Assembly: GCA_964016885.1 (NCBI GenBank)
Contig: OZ024743.1
Location: forward strand, 30,318,001 to 30,382,000
DNA length: 64,000 nucleotides
Direction: 5' to 3'
Origin: Eledone cirrhosa
Taxonomy: Eukaryota
The notes beneath the pieces were generated by a model that searched no databases, was not told the DNA's origin, and saw only the letters and a list, made by a program, of their open reading frames with translations. Shown here piece by piece: positions 41,250 to 55,111 of the stretch. The stretch's first letter is position 1; every line of letters begins with the position of its first letter. The position numbers were made by a program, and so were the translations under genes.

Positions 41250-42500
41250 TCCATTAATGGACTAAACTTGCAAATTCCTAACTGCCGTTTCTAGTTATGT
41301 GATACCCAAGTTTGTACGAAGGCAGTTACTTAAATATACTAGAACCGCAATAATCACAGCTACAATACTAAATGTATAGTCAGTGTGGAGTATCTGGAGT
41401 ATCCTCATTATTAATCTTTAGTATTATATTCACATCTGCTGAGTAGCGTATTTTCACTAATGTTTTTTTTCTCTGCTCCGTATCACTATGTCTGATCCGA
41501 TATGTTTGCATTTTATTGGAGTTTTGAGTGGACCATTCTACCATCTACCAGTAGTGCTCTCTCATATTATGTATACTTATCTTCGCTATATCACTTTATC
41601 TTTTATATGTTTATTCAGCTATTATGCTTCATAGGTAGGTAGTATCATGTTGATATATTTGGGACATCTGCATCTGTCGTCACAGCTAGGTGTTCTACCC
41701 TGCATCTCTGTATCTTGACTGTTTAAGGTATTTCGTTGTTATTTCCTGTTGTTGGATTTCGAATACATATCCTTCAAAGCGAGAGCCAATGTTATTAGTC
41801 CAAGATAGACTGCTTTGCTTATCTATATGACTCGCACTTTGAAGCATTCTGGCATCACAGCCAAGCATGATTTGTTGCTGATATGCATGCAGAATTCCAG
41901 CCAAGGATACATTGTGGTATTGCTGAGTAATTTCGCTTAGTGAGAGATTTTCATTATGAAGCATGGTTATTTCTCTAGGAGCTCCTTCCGAACTTTGATG
42001 ATGTTCTCTGCCTCATGTAGACATGCCCGACGGAACGGTTATTGTGTGATTCTCAAATGCTGTTTGAACCATGGTACGTTTTTGCATCCCTGTTTATGTT
42101 GCAGATGGAGTTTAAGTCACTGTTAAAATTGAAATATCGGGTCTCGGTTAGAACGGGTTTTAACATCAATGACTCCCATCTCATTCAGTGTCAAGTCAGG
42201 TTGTACAAATGTTGCCATCATCACAGCCAGAGCAACCACATTGTGTACTACTGATTTATTGTGAGCAGAGAATTAAGAATACCATATTTTACTTATTTCT
42301 TATTATATTTCCCAGTTACTATTTCCTTGTTACAAATACCACCATAGGACAGGTATCCGTAATTATCCGTATTAATCCTGGTTACATAACGGTGAAACAA
42401 TTAAGAATATTACTGATCATGGCAGCTCATACACAACATTATTTGTTTAGAATCCCAAATTGTCTTTGCGAGCGCTGTAAATTCCCGCAAGTTCGTGTCT
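41250..42500 (-). pseudogene. Old decayed R4/Dong-like retrotransposon fragment
   Basis: WTNNIGSRFEGYVFEIQQQEITTKYL...CDDRCR aligns with LKSETEGLIISAQDQCLPTKNY...LCRVC of family A; many stops. Confidence 0.6.
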
Positions 42501-43350
42501 TTGAATGAATGAGAATGTAGTATAGTATCTTTTTATTTTTTTTTTTTTAAACGTCAGAGTTAGCTCCTACATATTGATGCGTTCCCAAATTCGTTTTAAT
42601 ATCACATTGGTAAACGATAATTCCAGCATCTATACATACTCGCATTAACTCACATTTATTACAGCCATACATATCCCTTTCTTTCAACGTGTCAACAATC
42701 TGCCTATCTCCCTTCAATTCACTTGTCGCAATCAACCAGCCAAAATTATAGATATCAACTGCGATATATCCTTATTATCTTTCCTCCTCCATTGCTATGT
42801 CCCATAACTTTTATTTATTGCACAAACCTTCGCCTCTGGCTAAATACGTAATCTATCCTACTTATTTTAACAGGGACACACCCCTAATGAACTACACTTC
42901 ATGACGGGCAGTGACTGAACAATCACTAAATATACTTCTCAACTTGTCTCGACTTACACCTTTTTAATACAATCTATTGGCTACTTTCAGGTAGTTATTG
43001 GCAACTTATACAGCTAGTTATTGTACATATGCATCTATATGTTTGTATTTGTTTCAATTTGCATGCAATTTATCTAGTATATTTGACTATAGATACATCG
43101 ATGATGTATCTGAATACGTACATTATTTACTATATAAGCAAGGCCTCATCTACGATATCAGTTTCTCCTGAATACTTCTGAAGATATACAGAATTTAACT
43201 ACGCAGTGCGAGATTGTGGATTACGTAATAGTTCAGCGTTCGTAGGCCATTGCAGATATGTATTGAAATATGTAAAACACATATTAAAGACCGTATGATA
43301 AATATTTCAAACTTTCAGGAAAATTCGTTAGTTTTTCCTGATATACGGCT

Positions 43351-43384
<34 letters not shown>

Positions 43385-43559
43385 CCTACAACTTGTCGTC
43401 AATATACCCTTGTCCTCCCACTCTCCGGTCCTGAACGCTTCGTCCTCGGTAGAGGTTTGCGTTTCGTACTCCACACAACATAGAGCGCGACGAGTTGCGT
43501 ACTCGCTCCAGCGTCGATACTTTCCTGCGCCACACGTAAATACAGGCGCACTTTCCCAA

Positions 43560-43900
43560 TTTCGTGGTCTGAAACTTTGACATCCTCGAATCAGATGATA
43601 TTTATCTATTCTGGACACTGTGCTTGTTTTTGCAGACTTCAGAGTTTTCAGGAAGCTTTGAGTAACCTCCCTCTCGACTGAGTGCCATGTGTAATAGTCC
43701 ATGTGTAATAGTCTAATGGATTCAAATTTGGAGATCCTGGTGGTCATGTGTTTAACATTAGGTGATTATAGAGATTGTAACACATCCATTCTTGGATTGT
43801 CTTTGGGCTTATGAGACAGCTCATAATTCTGATAGTAGAGTAAGTTCTTCATTTGCTCACGCTCGCTATCTCTGGCGACACAACCCTCTGGGACATCTCA
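43560..43900 (-). pseudogene. Tc1/mariner-superfamily transposase C-terminal remnant
   Basis: MDYYTWHSVEREV...IDKYHLIRGCQSFRPR resembles the LDYxxWxxVE...HLIRACxxFRxR helix following the SPDLNP motif. Confidence 0.55.
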
Positions 43901-44692
43901 TTATATTAGGAAACACTGAAACTTAAGCCTTTCGAAAAAATGAAGAGGATGACAACTCTCTTTGTGCTTACGATTCTCAGCGCTATTTCAATTAACAGAA
44001 AAGTTGTGTGCGTGCTTGACTGTTGGAAAGTCTATATTGTCTCTGCGTAACCTCCGTCATTTTTTCAGTTGATATTTGGTTCAGACCTATGTTTTTCATA
44101 TCAGGAAAAAGCCAAAGCATTTATAGCTCTTGATGTTTCAACTTGCTCCAATTGGTTTGAGATAATCAGTCGGATATGTGATATATATTCAGACATGAAG
44201 TGGCCTTTCCGCATCACATATGACTTAGCACGAACATTCTCATGCTCAAGTCTTCCACTAGTTCGCCTTAAATATTGAATCACTTAGCAAAATAATTAAT
44301 TTGGTTTTGAAGTTATTATCGATAACTTTCACCAACGGTCGTAAGGGCTGGAGGTTCGGAAATTATTAGGAGACTTAGCGGGCGTTTTACGTATGAGCAT
44401 TACTGCAAAGTCTCCGTCAATGGCTTCCAACTTTTTGCGAATTTGACAACAAAAAACGATGCAAAGTCCATATGCAACCTCTTTAAGGCAATAATTACAT
44501 TTTTCACACTCTCAATTAGGCTGATGTCGGTTATCATTTATCTGAAAATAAATGATAATCAGAACAAATAAAATGATGTGAGCTATTAAATGACCTGTCC
44601 TTAAAGAAACCAGTAACTCTATAATAAGCATTGGTTTCATAAGCATGAGGCTTATGTGACTGATTTTCGAAAGTAATTGTATATATATATAT

Positions 44693-44785
<93 letters not shown>

Positions 44786-45243
44786 TGTGTGTGCCGGACT
44801 GTGTATGTGTGTGTGTATATATAAATGTTTGATCCAAAGATTGATTTGATACGTATGAGCGAAATTCATTTCAATTTCAGTACATGACATTTCAAAGTAG
44901 GATAGAGTTTTGTTTCCCTCGAAGAAGGAGAGCATAACTTCATAATGCAGTCCTTAGATTTACTCTGTTTCGTAAACTTGCCAATGCATAGTACGGAATC
45001 TATTTCATGCTGGAATGAAGATGTAATATAACAATGCCCTCTACTTGTACTTCACTATTTCTAGCATTTGCAAAGAGATTAACAATCGCCTCTGGTGATA
45101 TCTAACGGATTTAGTTATGGTCTTCCAACTGCAATTGACTGTCCAATAACTACTTTAGAACTGATTTACCACCATGTAGTATAGAATTATCTCTTATTAT
45201 TAACATCGGAATACAAGCATACGCATTCTAACATACATACATG

Positions 45244-45400
<157 letters not shown>

Positions 45401-46008
45401 GCATATATAGATACATACATGCACACATACATATGTACATGTATACATCTATACATACGACACATATACAGATAAAAAGCATATACACGTGCACACATAC
45501 AACTCAATGCATCCACACATACAATAACAACCATATCTACACATGCATGCATGCATGCATAATCTACCTAGTCGATGTGTAAATTTCAATGAGAGACTCT
45601 TGTGTCTATATTAGAAACCGACCCTCTCTCTATTGGGAAAAAAATTGTGAAATTATAAAACCAGAAGAATATACATACATAGCTATATACATATGTACAT
45701 GCATATATGTAAGAATAGGCACACACATAATTACGCAGAGCAAAGTAGGTAGAATGTAGGAAACAGAAGTAAGATTCTGGAGCTAATCTTAGGCAGAAGT
45801 GGAAGGAAAATAAATTCAAAGAATTTATATAGAAGTAATAAAAACAATCTCATACATAATTATAGATAACCACACAATGCATTGAAAATCATTGCACATA
45901 TGCAAATACAAAATATCGTAATCATAATATAAAGGGATGAGTGCAGGATTGTGTCCTGAATATATTTTTTTATCCCGTCAGCAAAACAAGTTGGATTACT
46001 TTGAATAA

Positions 46009-46366
46009 ATAATTGTTTCTACTTTTAGCACAAGGCCAGCAATTACCCAGTGCATTACTGGTTCTTTATTTAATCTACCCCATAAGGATGAAAGGCTGCC
46101 AAGTTAACCTCGGTGGGATTTGAACCCAGATCATAAAAGGGTGTAACTCTATGCTGCAAAGCATGGCGTCCAACCCTCTACCGATACTGCCAAACCATTA
46201 CATAATCGATGTACTAAATTTCGTAGCTGTTGATTAAACAGAAATATTCTTATATATAATTTTTTCTACTTTTTAGCACAAGGCCAACAATTATCCAATA
46301 CATTACTGGTACTTTATTTTATCGACCCCGTAAGGATGAAAGGCAAAGTTAACCTCGGCAGGATTT
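46009..46366 (-). mobile_element. Two adjacent SINE copies (46009-46198 near full length; 46257-46366 3' half)
   Basis: Reverse complement of 19131-19319, including the A and B boxes in the first copy. Another 3' fragment lies at ~40234-40298 (+). Confidence 0.85.
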
Positions 46367-46884
46367 ATATAATGATTGCTTATTTAAAAATTCACTTCTT
46401 TTAAAACTTTCAAATGTCTACACATCCAGTTAGCGTCCATTAGCTGTATCATATCGCTTATATGAACGCTTATATATTTGCATCGTTTCACCCTAACGTT
46501 TATATTTCCGTCACTAATTTCTACTTTTTTGTTTCCATTACATTTCACCGTAATGCAGTTTAGATATAATATCATCTTTTTTAAATGTATCATGGAATAC
46601 TTTACTGATAAAGTAAATAGTGTAACACAGTATCTCTTCAATTTTTATGCATATTGTCAATTATGATTATATTTGACATATCATATCTACATGGATATAT
46701 ATTTGTGAATTATATCAATATGCACACTACACATGCCAGCAGAAAAAAACCCCAGCCGTACGGTGGTTTTCTGCTCTTATGTTTAAATATTTGACGTTTA
46801 TCTTGCACACTTTCAACTATTGGAATCTCATTCATGAAAAGAAAAGTTTTGCCTTACAGCATTTAAACTAAAAAAATTCCTATT

Positions 46885-46887
46885 CTG

Positions 46888-46946
<59 letters not shown>

Positions 46947-46975
46947 GCTACTACTATTACTACTACTACTACTGC
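46885..46975. repeat. (CTA)n microsatellite
   Basis: Directly visible. It may be the (TAG)n tail of a decayed minus-strand LINE fragment at 46980-47320. Confidence 0.9.
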
Positions 46976-47415
46976 CTACCCTTCCTGGCCAAACGAAGGC
47001 GGTGGGTCGATCTTCAATATAGACTCAGCCGATAGCCGGGTCCGTTCAACACGCAACAACAACTGTACGACATAACCCCACAAGTCAGTAATGCAGGTAT
47101 ACTGGACGAATTCGTGCATCTCTGACAGGCCGTTCTGACAGCACCTCGGTACCTGTAGAGTTTATGTAGAACCACCAGTGCTCCCCGATAGTACTTCCAA
47201 GCGTGATATTTCTGGAAGTTATCTATCGTCCCCTACTCCGAAACAGTCTCGTCAACTGGACTTCGCCAATACCCAGTGCCTCTCCAAGTGCGTCGTGGCA
47301 CCACGGAAGTCTTACGAGCATTTTACCAAAAATATAGCAACTAATTCAATTGACAAAATCTTGAAATTCACTACTTTGTGGAGCTAAAAGAACACATCTT
47401 CACTGACTTACAGCC

Positions 47416-47498
<83 letters not shown>

Positions 47499-47507
47499 TA
47501 ATAATAA
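47416..47507. repeat. (TAA)n microsatellite
   Basis: Directly visible. Confidence 0.95.
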
Positions 47508-48400
47508 GGGAAGCAGACGCACGAGGTGGCGGAGGCCATGAAATCGCTCCCGTAAGTTTTGAATTTTTAACATATTTAAATCATTTGTGAAATAACAACT
47601 CTTAGTACAAATGCTACGTAAAGCACCCGGCTTGAGCCCCAAAAAATTCGGACCCAAAATATATTGTTATAAGGTTCAAATATTAAAATATTCAACTTTG
47701 TATTGTACACTGTATATCCAAAAAAGAAAATGGCTATAAATGGAAGAAGAACCCCCCTGCTCTCCTCTGTCTACACTATATAGAACAGCCAAACTCACCA
47801 ACACCAGAAACTAGATACACCACCCACCCCATCACCTGTGTACACTAAACACAACAGCCAGATAACGGCATTTTCACCACCACCGCTCACTACGGCCATC
47901 ATTACCACCATTATCCCATCACCGCCGCCACCACCTCTTCACTCCTTCACTGCTACCACCGCTACAGCACCATCACTACAGTAATACGGTCACATCACCG
48001 CCACCACTGCCTCGGTATCGACATCACCACCACCACTGTCTCAGTATCGCTACCGCCGCCAGTCACCCACTTCTCTCAGCTGGCCGCTGCCACCACATTA
48101 TAGAATCCCTACTGCTAAAAAAGAGGAAGGCATCAACATATATAGATAGACTCAAAAGAAAAAAGAAAAAACAAACAACAAAACCAAAGCAGCACAGCAA
48201 CAACAGCAGAAAACGAGAAAAACAAACAGAGGAAAACCAAAACAAAAACAACCCCCCCCCCCCAAAAAAAAAAACGTAAAGAAAATAAGAATGAAGAGAG
48301 AAGCAGGCGAACGGACAGAGAAGAGGGGGGAAAAACTAAAACTTAAAAAACAAAAACTAAGTCAGACATTCGAACACTACATTACAATGAAACTTATGCT
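47508..48400 (+). mobile_element. 5'UTR and internally deleted ORF1 remnant of a second L1/Tx1-like family
   Basis: Same layout as the minus-strand 2630-2400 region: GC-rich start ending GCTCCCGTAAG (vs GCTCCGCAAAG), an AT-rich leader, then AAAATGGCTA...CC(C/T)CTGCTC, followed by Thr/Pro-rich and Lys-rich sequence. Confidence 0.55.
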
Positions 48401-51400
48401 TATTCATTTTTGGGGCCCTTTCTGCCTGTGTGTTTGTTTGTTTATGTGTGTTCGTATACAGCGTGGTGATAATGCCACACAAGGGCCAAGTGGAATGGCG
48501 GATCCACAGATGGCTATGTAACCATACATTCGCCAATCCTCGATAAGAGTGTTTAAATATCGAACATAAACAGTTCGAATAACAGTGAAATGGAGACTAG
48601 AACGTCATGTGACAGACTCTCACCCAACAGGTGCCCCCTGGTTCAGCAGCAGGAACCTGACTGTCAACCAAATACTGCTGATGTTGGAGGAAGAAGAAGA
48701 AGGAAAGGGGCCAGAACCAACTGGACGAAAGAATTGAATAGAACTGTTATGCAATGTTACCTGAAAAGTAACCCCAAGGAGAGGGGCTACAGGAGACGGA
48801 TGCATAACATCTGGAACGAGATTGGTTTATTTAAATTAGATGAACAAAAATTGGCCGGGCAGGCTCGGGTAATAAGAACTAATGGGTGGATAAGCGAGCT
48901 GGAACTGGAGGAACTGAGCAGAGAGAATGGCTTGGAGATGGCGGGTGTAGTATGCCAGACAAGCGAGCCAGTGGGAAATGAAGGTGAAGAGGTCCTGAGA
49001 ACGGAGGAACCACCCGAAACAGACAATGATCTGAATACTGAGATAAATAATACCTGGAACAGAGATACGGCCACTGAGGAGATGAATGCTGACGGGCTAG
49101 GACAAGATTCGGTTGACATCCTAAATTTAGTGGTAGATGAATTGAACAATGATAGTGGGAGACCTATGAACCTAAGATTTGTAGACAGGAAAAAGTTAAA
49201 AGAAACAACAGCTAAGGTAAACAAAGTCATCCCATACCTTGAGGCGAGGAGCCTTCACCAGTGCAACAATATCCTCAAAGCAACAGCAAATACGGTGATG
49301 AAACTACTTGGTATAAAAGCGAGAGGAAACAACAGACAAGAAAGAGCAGAGCCGTGGTGGAAGAAGCGACTGAGTGGGCAAATCGGGGAAATGAGAAATG
49401 ACATAGGAAAGCTTGAGTCACTACTGAATGGGACACTAAAAAATATAGGCAGTAAAAATAGACTGGAAATAAAATACAAAACTAGGAGGAAAAAGCTAAA
49501 TATTATCATAGAGGAACTGAAGCAACGCATTGTAGCAAAGAGTGCAAAAATCAGGCGATACGAGAACAGAGTCAGTCAGTATAAACAGAACCGCATGTTC
49601 GACAACAACCAGAAGATGCTGTTTGGACAGCTTGAGGGGAAAGAAAGAGGCAACGACTTGATCCCTGGGGCGGAGCAAACTAAAACATTCTGGAGAGGAA
49701 TATGGGAGCAGGATGTTAGACATAATGTCCAGGCAGGGTGGATTGAGACAGTACAGAGGGAGATCGGTGAGCAGGCACAACAACAAACTGATTTGAGTAT
49801 CACAGTTGAAACTCTTAAGAGGCAGGCCAAACAACTAACCAACTGGAAATCACCAGGCCCAGATGGTGTGCAGGGGTATTGGATTAAACATTTAACATCC
49901 CTCCACCCAAAGCTGACGGCCATGTTCAATGACTGCTTGGTGTCGGGTGAGGTGCCAGAGTGGTTGACAAAAGGTACCACAGTTCTGATAATGAAAGACC
50001 GAATCAAGGGTAACGATGTTACCAACTATAGACCTATCACATGTCTGTCCGTAATGTGGAAACTGTTGACGAGCATTGTGTCTGAGGAGATCTACCATCA
50101 CCTCCACACAAACAACTTGTTACCGGACGAACAGAAAGGATGCCGAAAGAAGTCACGTGGTACGAGGACCAGTTACTTATTGATAAGATGGTAATGAGGA
50201 ATTGCAGGAGGAGACACACTGATCTTGCCATGGGATGGATAGACTACAGAAAGACATTTGACATGGTGCCTCATTCTTGGATCACCAAAAGCCTGGACAT
50301 CTTCAGGGTGGCAGATAACATCAGACAGTTGCTAGGCAGGAGTATGGGGTCCTGGGAGACAGAGTTGACATCAACTGGAGTATCCTTGGGAAGCGTGAAG
50401 ATCAAGAGAGGTATCTTCCAGGGAGATAGCCTGTCCCCTCTGTTGTTTGTCCTTGCCCTGATGCCCTTGACCATTATGCTGCGAAAAGTGAGAGCAGGAT
50501 ACAAGTTGGGAAGGGGAGAGCTTACCATCAATCACCTCCTCTTCATGGACGATCTTAAGCTCTTCGGGAAAAGTGAGAAGGAGTTAGATGTGCTTGTTGA
50601 CACTGTCCGTATTTTCAGCAGTGATATATGTATGCAGTTTGGTATTGGTAAATGTGGAGTCATTGCGATGAGGAGGGGTAGGTTGAGCAGAAGTAACGGG
50701 ATCCAGATACCAACAGGTGAGATGATAAAGGAAATTGACTCTGAGGAAGGATACAAGTATTTCGGCGTTCTGGAGGCTGATGGCATAAAGAACAAAAAAA
50801 TGAAGGAATTGTTAAGAACTGAATACATTCGGGGAGTAAGGAGCGTATTGAAGTCACATCTGAACATCAGAAATGCCATAAGCGCAGTAAATTCCCGAGC
50901 TGTGTCTATTATTAGGTACAGTGCGGGAATTCTGAGATGGAATGTTGCTGAACAAAAAGAAATGGATAGGAAGACTAGGAAGCTATTGACTATCTACAAC
51001 ATGTTCCACAAGAGGAGTGATGTCGATAGACTCTACTTAAGGAGATCTGAGGGTGGAAGAGGTCTTATCAGCATAGAGGACTGTGTTCAGATGGAGAAAA
51101 ACGACCTATACAAATACGTGACCTATAGTAAGGAGCCAATGCTCAGAACTGTACTGAAAGAGGGGACAGTAGGCCAGGGGATGTCCAAGGAGGAAATAAC
51201 ATCAAGGAGGAAGAGCAGCCTTAAGGGAAAATCCCTTTATAGTACCTTCTTTGAGAAAACTGAATTTAGAGATCCACAGACATGGAACTGGTTGAGAAGA
51301 GGAGACCTCAAAAAGGCTACAGAAGGAATGCTAATGGCTGCGCAGGAGCAGGCCCTCAAAACGAAGTGGTTGAAGCACCATATTTACAAGGAGGAGGCTA

Positions 51401-52060
51401 GCCCACTGTGCAGGATCTGTGGAGAGAGAGAGGAGACTGTGGCTCACATTGTGTCCGAGTGTAAACACCTAGCCCAGACCCACTATAAGGGCTGGAGACA
51501 CGATGTGATGGGCAGGGTGATCCACTGGCACCTGTGCAAAGTAAACAATTTACCACATTCTGAGAAATGGTATGAGAATAGGCCAGAGGCGGTGATGGAG
51601 AACAATCAGGTGAAGGTGCTGTGGGATTTTAGGATACAGACGGACAAAAAACTGGAACACAATAGACCTGACCTGGTGGTTGTGGACAAAGAAAAAAGAT
51701 CGCGTCTGATTGTGGATGTGGCCTGCCCGTTCGACACGAGAGTGCAAGAGAAGGAGAGGGAGAAAATTAACCGATACCAGGACCTAAAGTGGGAGGTGAA
51801 AAGGATTTGGAACTGCCATGAAGTCAAAGTGATCCCGATTGTCATAGGCGCACTGGGGACTATCTCCAAAAGTTTCCAGGGATGGTTAAAGAAAATCGGC
51901 CCCTTCACGCTTTTTGGAACGCTTCAAAAGGCATGCTTGCTTGGAACAGCAAGAACCCTCCGATACGTCCTGAATATCTGAGGCTGCAGGTAGTGGCTTG
52001 ATATTCAATCCAACGGACTTTACAGTTAACCATCACCAATGACTGAGATTCAAGGAATAA
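48400..52060 (+). mobile_element. R4/Dong retrotransposon family B, apparently full length
   Basis: Structured 5'UTR, ORF from ATG 48590, 3'UTR, then (TAA)n at 52060-52087. Confidence 0.92.
48590..51981 (+). pseudogene. Dong B polyprotein (N-terminal domain, RT, CCHC, RLE) with a single 1-bp frameshift near 50164
   Basis: ORFs 48590-50194 and 50140-51981 overlap. GGTACGAGGACC here vs GGTACAAAGGACC in the 6.5-kb copy. Motifs NWTKELN..GYRRRMH..W, HLLFMDD, CRIC..H..C, RHD, RPD, VDVACPFD. Confidence 0.92.
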
Positions 52061-52087
52061 CAACAATAATAATAATAATAATAATAA

Positions 52088-52550
52088 TTTCTTTATTGGC
52101 CTACATAGGAGACAATACAATAGATAGGAATTGTGAAGGTGTACATATAACACGTCTAAACATTATAAATAACAATAAAAATACAACAATAATTGAAAGA
52201 TTGAGATTGTTTATGTATGTATATATTCTGGGTTGGATTTACTGCGAGGGGTGTTGGTTGTTCATCTTCTGTTCATGCTGTCGTAGGTGCTGTCGATGTT
52301 GGTGTTAGTTATTGTGGAATGCTCCGTCGTGCCACGGCGTTTGCAACAACGTGGGCTTGCAGCTCCCTTCATTTTTGAGGTGAGGGCAGATTCAATAACT
52401 TGTAGGGTGGACTCGTCTCGAAGACGAACATAGTCCGGAATGTTTTAGAGTTCATCTGGTGTGATTTGAAGAAGAATCTCGTGTTGCAAAGAAGAAAACA
52501 TATGGTTAAGAAGAAAAGGCATGTGCAATTAACATCGATGCATATATCCA
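52088..52550 (-). mobile_element. Decayed L1-type ORF1 remnant running directly into AATAAA and a (TTA)n tail
   Basis: Minus-strand translation HEILLQITPDEL*NIPDYVRLRDESTLQVI...PRCCKRRGTTEH resembles MELLIQADQKSIEEIPEVIDLTDGSHLTVIVEGRRPRCVVCGEGTH (ORF 984-1958). AATAAA is at 52097-52092. Confidence 0.5.
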
Positions 52551-52623
52551 CTTATAAAAATGCACGCACGCATATGTAAATACATAGCACACACACACAT
52601 ACACACACACACACACACACATT

Positions 52624-52654
<31 letters not shown>

Positions 52655-52669
52655 ATGTATTCAATATGA

Positions 52670-52850
52670 AAATGGCTTCTGCAGGACTAGAACTGTTTTA
52701 TTCGAAGGAAAGCATGAGTGTTCTTTTACTGATGGTTTCCTTCGAATGAAACCATTCTAGTCCTGAAGAAGCCATCTCTCTATTAAATACTTATACTCTG
52801 CAATGTGTTGTACCTTCATTACTGTGGTTACCCCCGATTGAACCCAGGAT
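52670..52850 (+). mobile_element. Fold-back fragment of a family C-related pLTR with decayed hammerhead
   Basis: 52671-52774 is an imperfect palindrome containing CTGATGG..GAAA..TTCTAGTCCTG. 52770-52850 matches the reverse complement of 14885-14965. Confidence 0.65.
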
Positions 52851-52859
52851 ACACGCGCA

Positions 52860-53400
<541 letters not shown>

Positions 53401-53574
53401 TATATATATAATGTGCTTATAAACTATAATTGAAAGTGTAACAGGTTTAATTACTGTTAATTGTCTCTACCTATATAAATGTGCCATTCAACACAAACCA
53501 TAGGTATTGTCAGATTTTATTAAAATCTAAATTATTAATGTAATATCATGACAGATCATTAAAGAACAAAAGAG

Positions 53575-53629
<55 letters not shown>

Positions 53630-53859
53630 TTATATCTAATTAAATAGCAGGTCAAATCAACAGGATTTCAGATGAATTATGATACTTCAATACTATTTAG
53701 TAGCGTAGTAGCGATCCACTTACGAATTGCAATTTGTATTGTTTTATTAGAGCACTATTCATAGTTTTTAGAATCAATCCATCGACTTGAACAGGGTTAA
53801 AGTTTATATATTTGCTACAGAATTAATACTATATCAGGAAATATGAATTCAAACGGAGT

Positions 53860-53893
<34 letters not shown>

Positions 53894-53895
53894 GA

Positions 53896-53989
<94 letters not shown>

Positions 53990-53991
<2 letters not shown>

Positions 53992-54800
53992 GAATGTATA
54001 TATAGTGCATTTTGCAATACACTGTATGCTTAATTAAAAGCATTTCAAAGACCTTATGCTATTGTTTTAGAGTAGTGACAGATTCACTTACTTTAATTTC
54101 AGCAAACAGGTGTAGATAAAGCTGACAAGGCCTTGTTTCGCATTTATTGATGCTTATCAAAGTCAACTAATCCTCCTGTCTGTTGAAATCATGGATGTTT
54201 GATTCTTATGGAATTCTAGTAAATAATCAGGAACTGATTATACAGAGCGGTTGCCGGTCAAGCAGAAATTGAAAATTAGAATTGGTGCTCTGAAATAGCT
54301 ATATATATATGAATGTATATATAGTGTATTTTGCAATACACTGTATGCTTAATTAAAAGCATCTCGAAGACCTTATGCTATTGATTTAGAGTAGTGACAT
54401 ACTCACTTACTTTAATTATATATACATACTATATATACATTCATATATATATAGCTATTTCAGAGCACCAATTCTAATTTTCAATTTCTGCTTGACCGGC
54501 AACCGCTCTATATAATCAGTTACTGATTATTTGCTAGAATTATATAAGAACCAAGCATCCCTGATTACAGCAGAGAGGAGGAGTAGTTGGCTTTGATAAG
54601 CATCAATAAATGCGAAACAAGGCCTTGTCAGCTCTATCTCCTCCTGTTTGTTGAAATTAAAGTAAGTGAGTCTGTCCCTACTCTAAAACAATAGCATAAG
54701 TTATTCGAAATGCTTTTAATTAAGCATACAGTGTATTGCAAAATACACTATATATACATTCATATATATATAGCTATTTAAGAGCACCAATTCTAATTTT
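53990..54800. mobile_element. Family F hammerhead repeat: 319-bp tandem unit in both orientations (fold-back)
   Basis: Period 319 on both arms (53992/54311; 54429/54748). Hammerheads at 54120-54164 (-) and 54589-54633 (+). Flanked by (TA)n. Confidence 0.85.
54589..54633 (+). ncRNA. Hammerhead with compensatory U3-A8 core (UUGAUAA)
   Basis: GGCT-TTGATAA-GCAT CAATAA ATGC-GAAA-CAAGGCCTTG-TC-AGCT, with a GUC triplet. Confidence 0.8.
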
Positions 54801-54988
54801 ATATATATATATATATAAAATATTTAAAAAATAATGAATAAAACAATGAAACAGTTCCTTATATTAAACAAAAAAAGTTCATTATTTAACGATCGTTTCT
54901 AGGACATATATGTGTTAGAATTGTCATGCATATTCAAAGGATCTATGTACACAATTATACAAACTATCAAATAGAATATACATACCAT

Positions 54989-55111
<123 letters not shown>

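Noticed and set aside
42547-42810. Merlin/ISXO2-like transposase N-terminus (YNFGWL..CNKCELMRVC)
   Set aside because: Weak resemblance only, with stops, no catalytic domain and no TIR pair.
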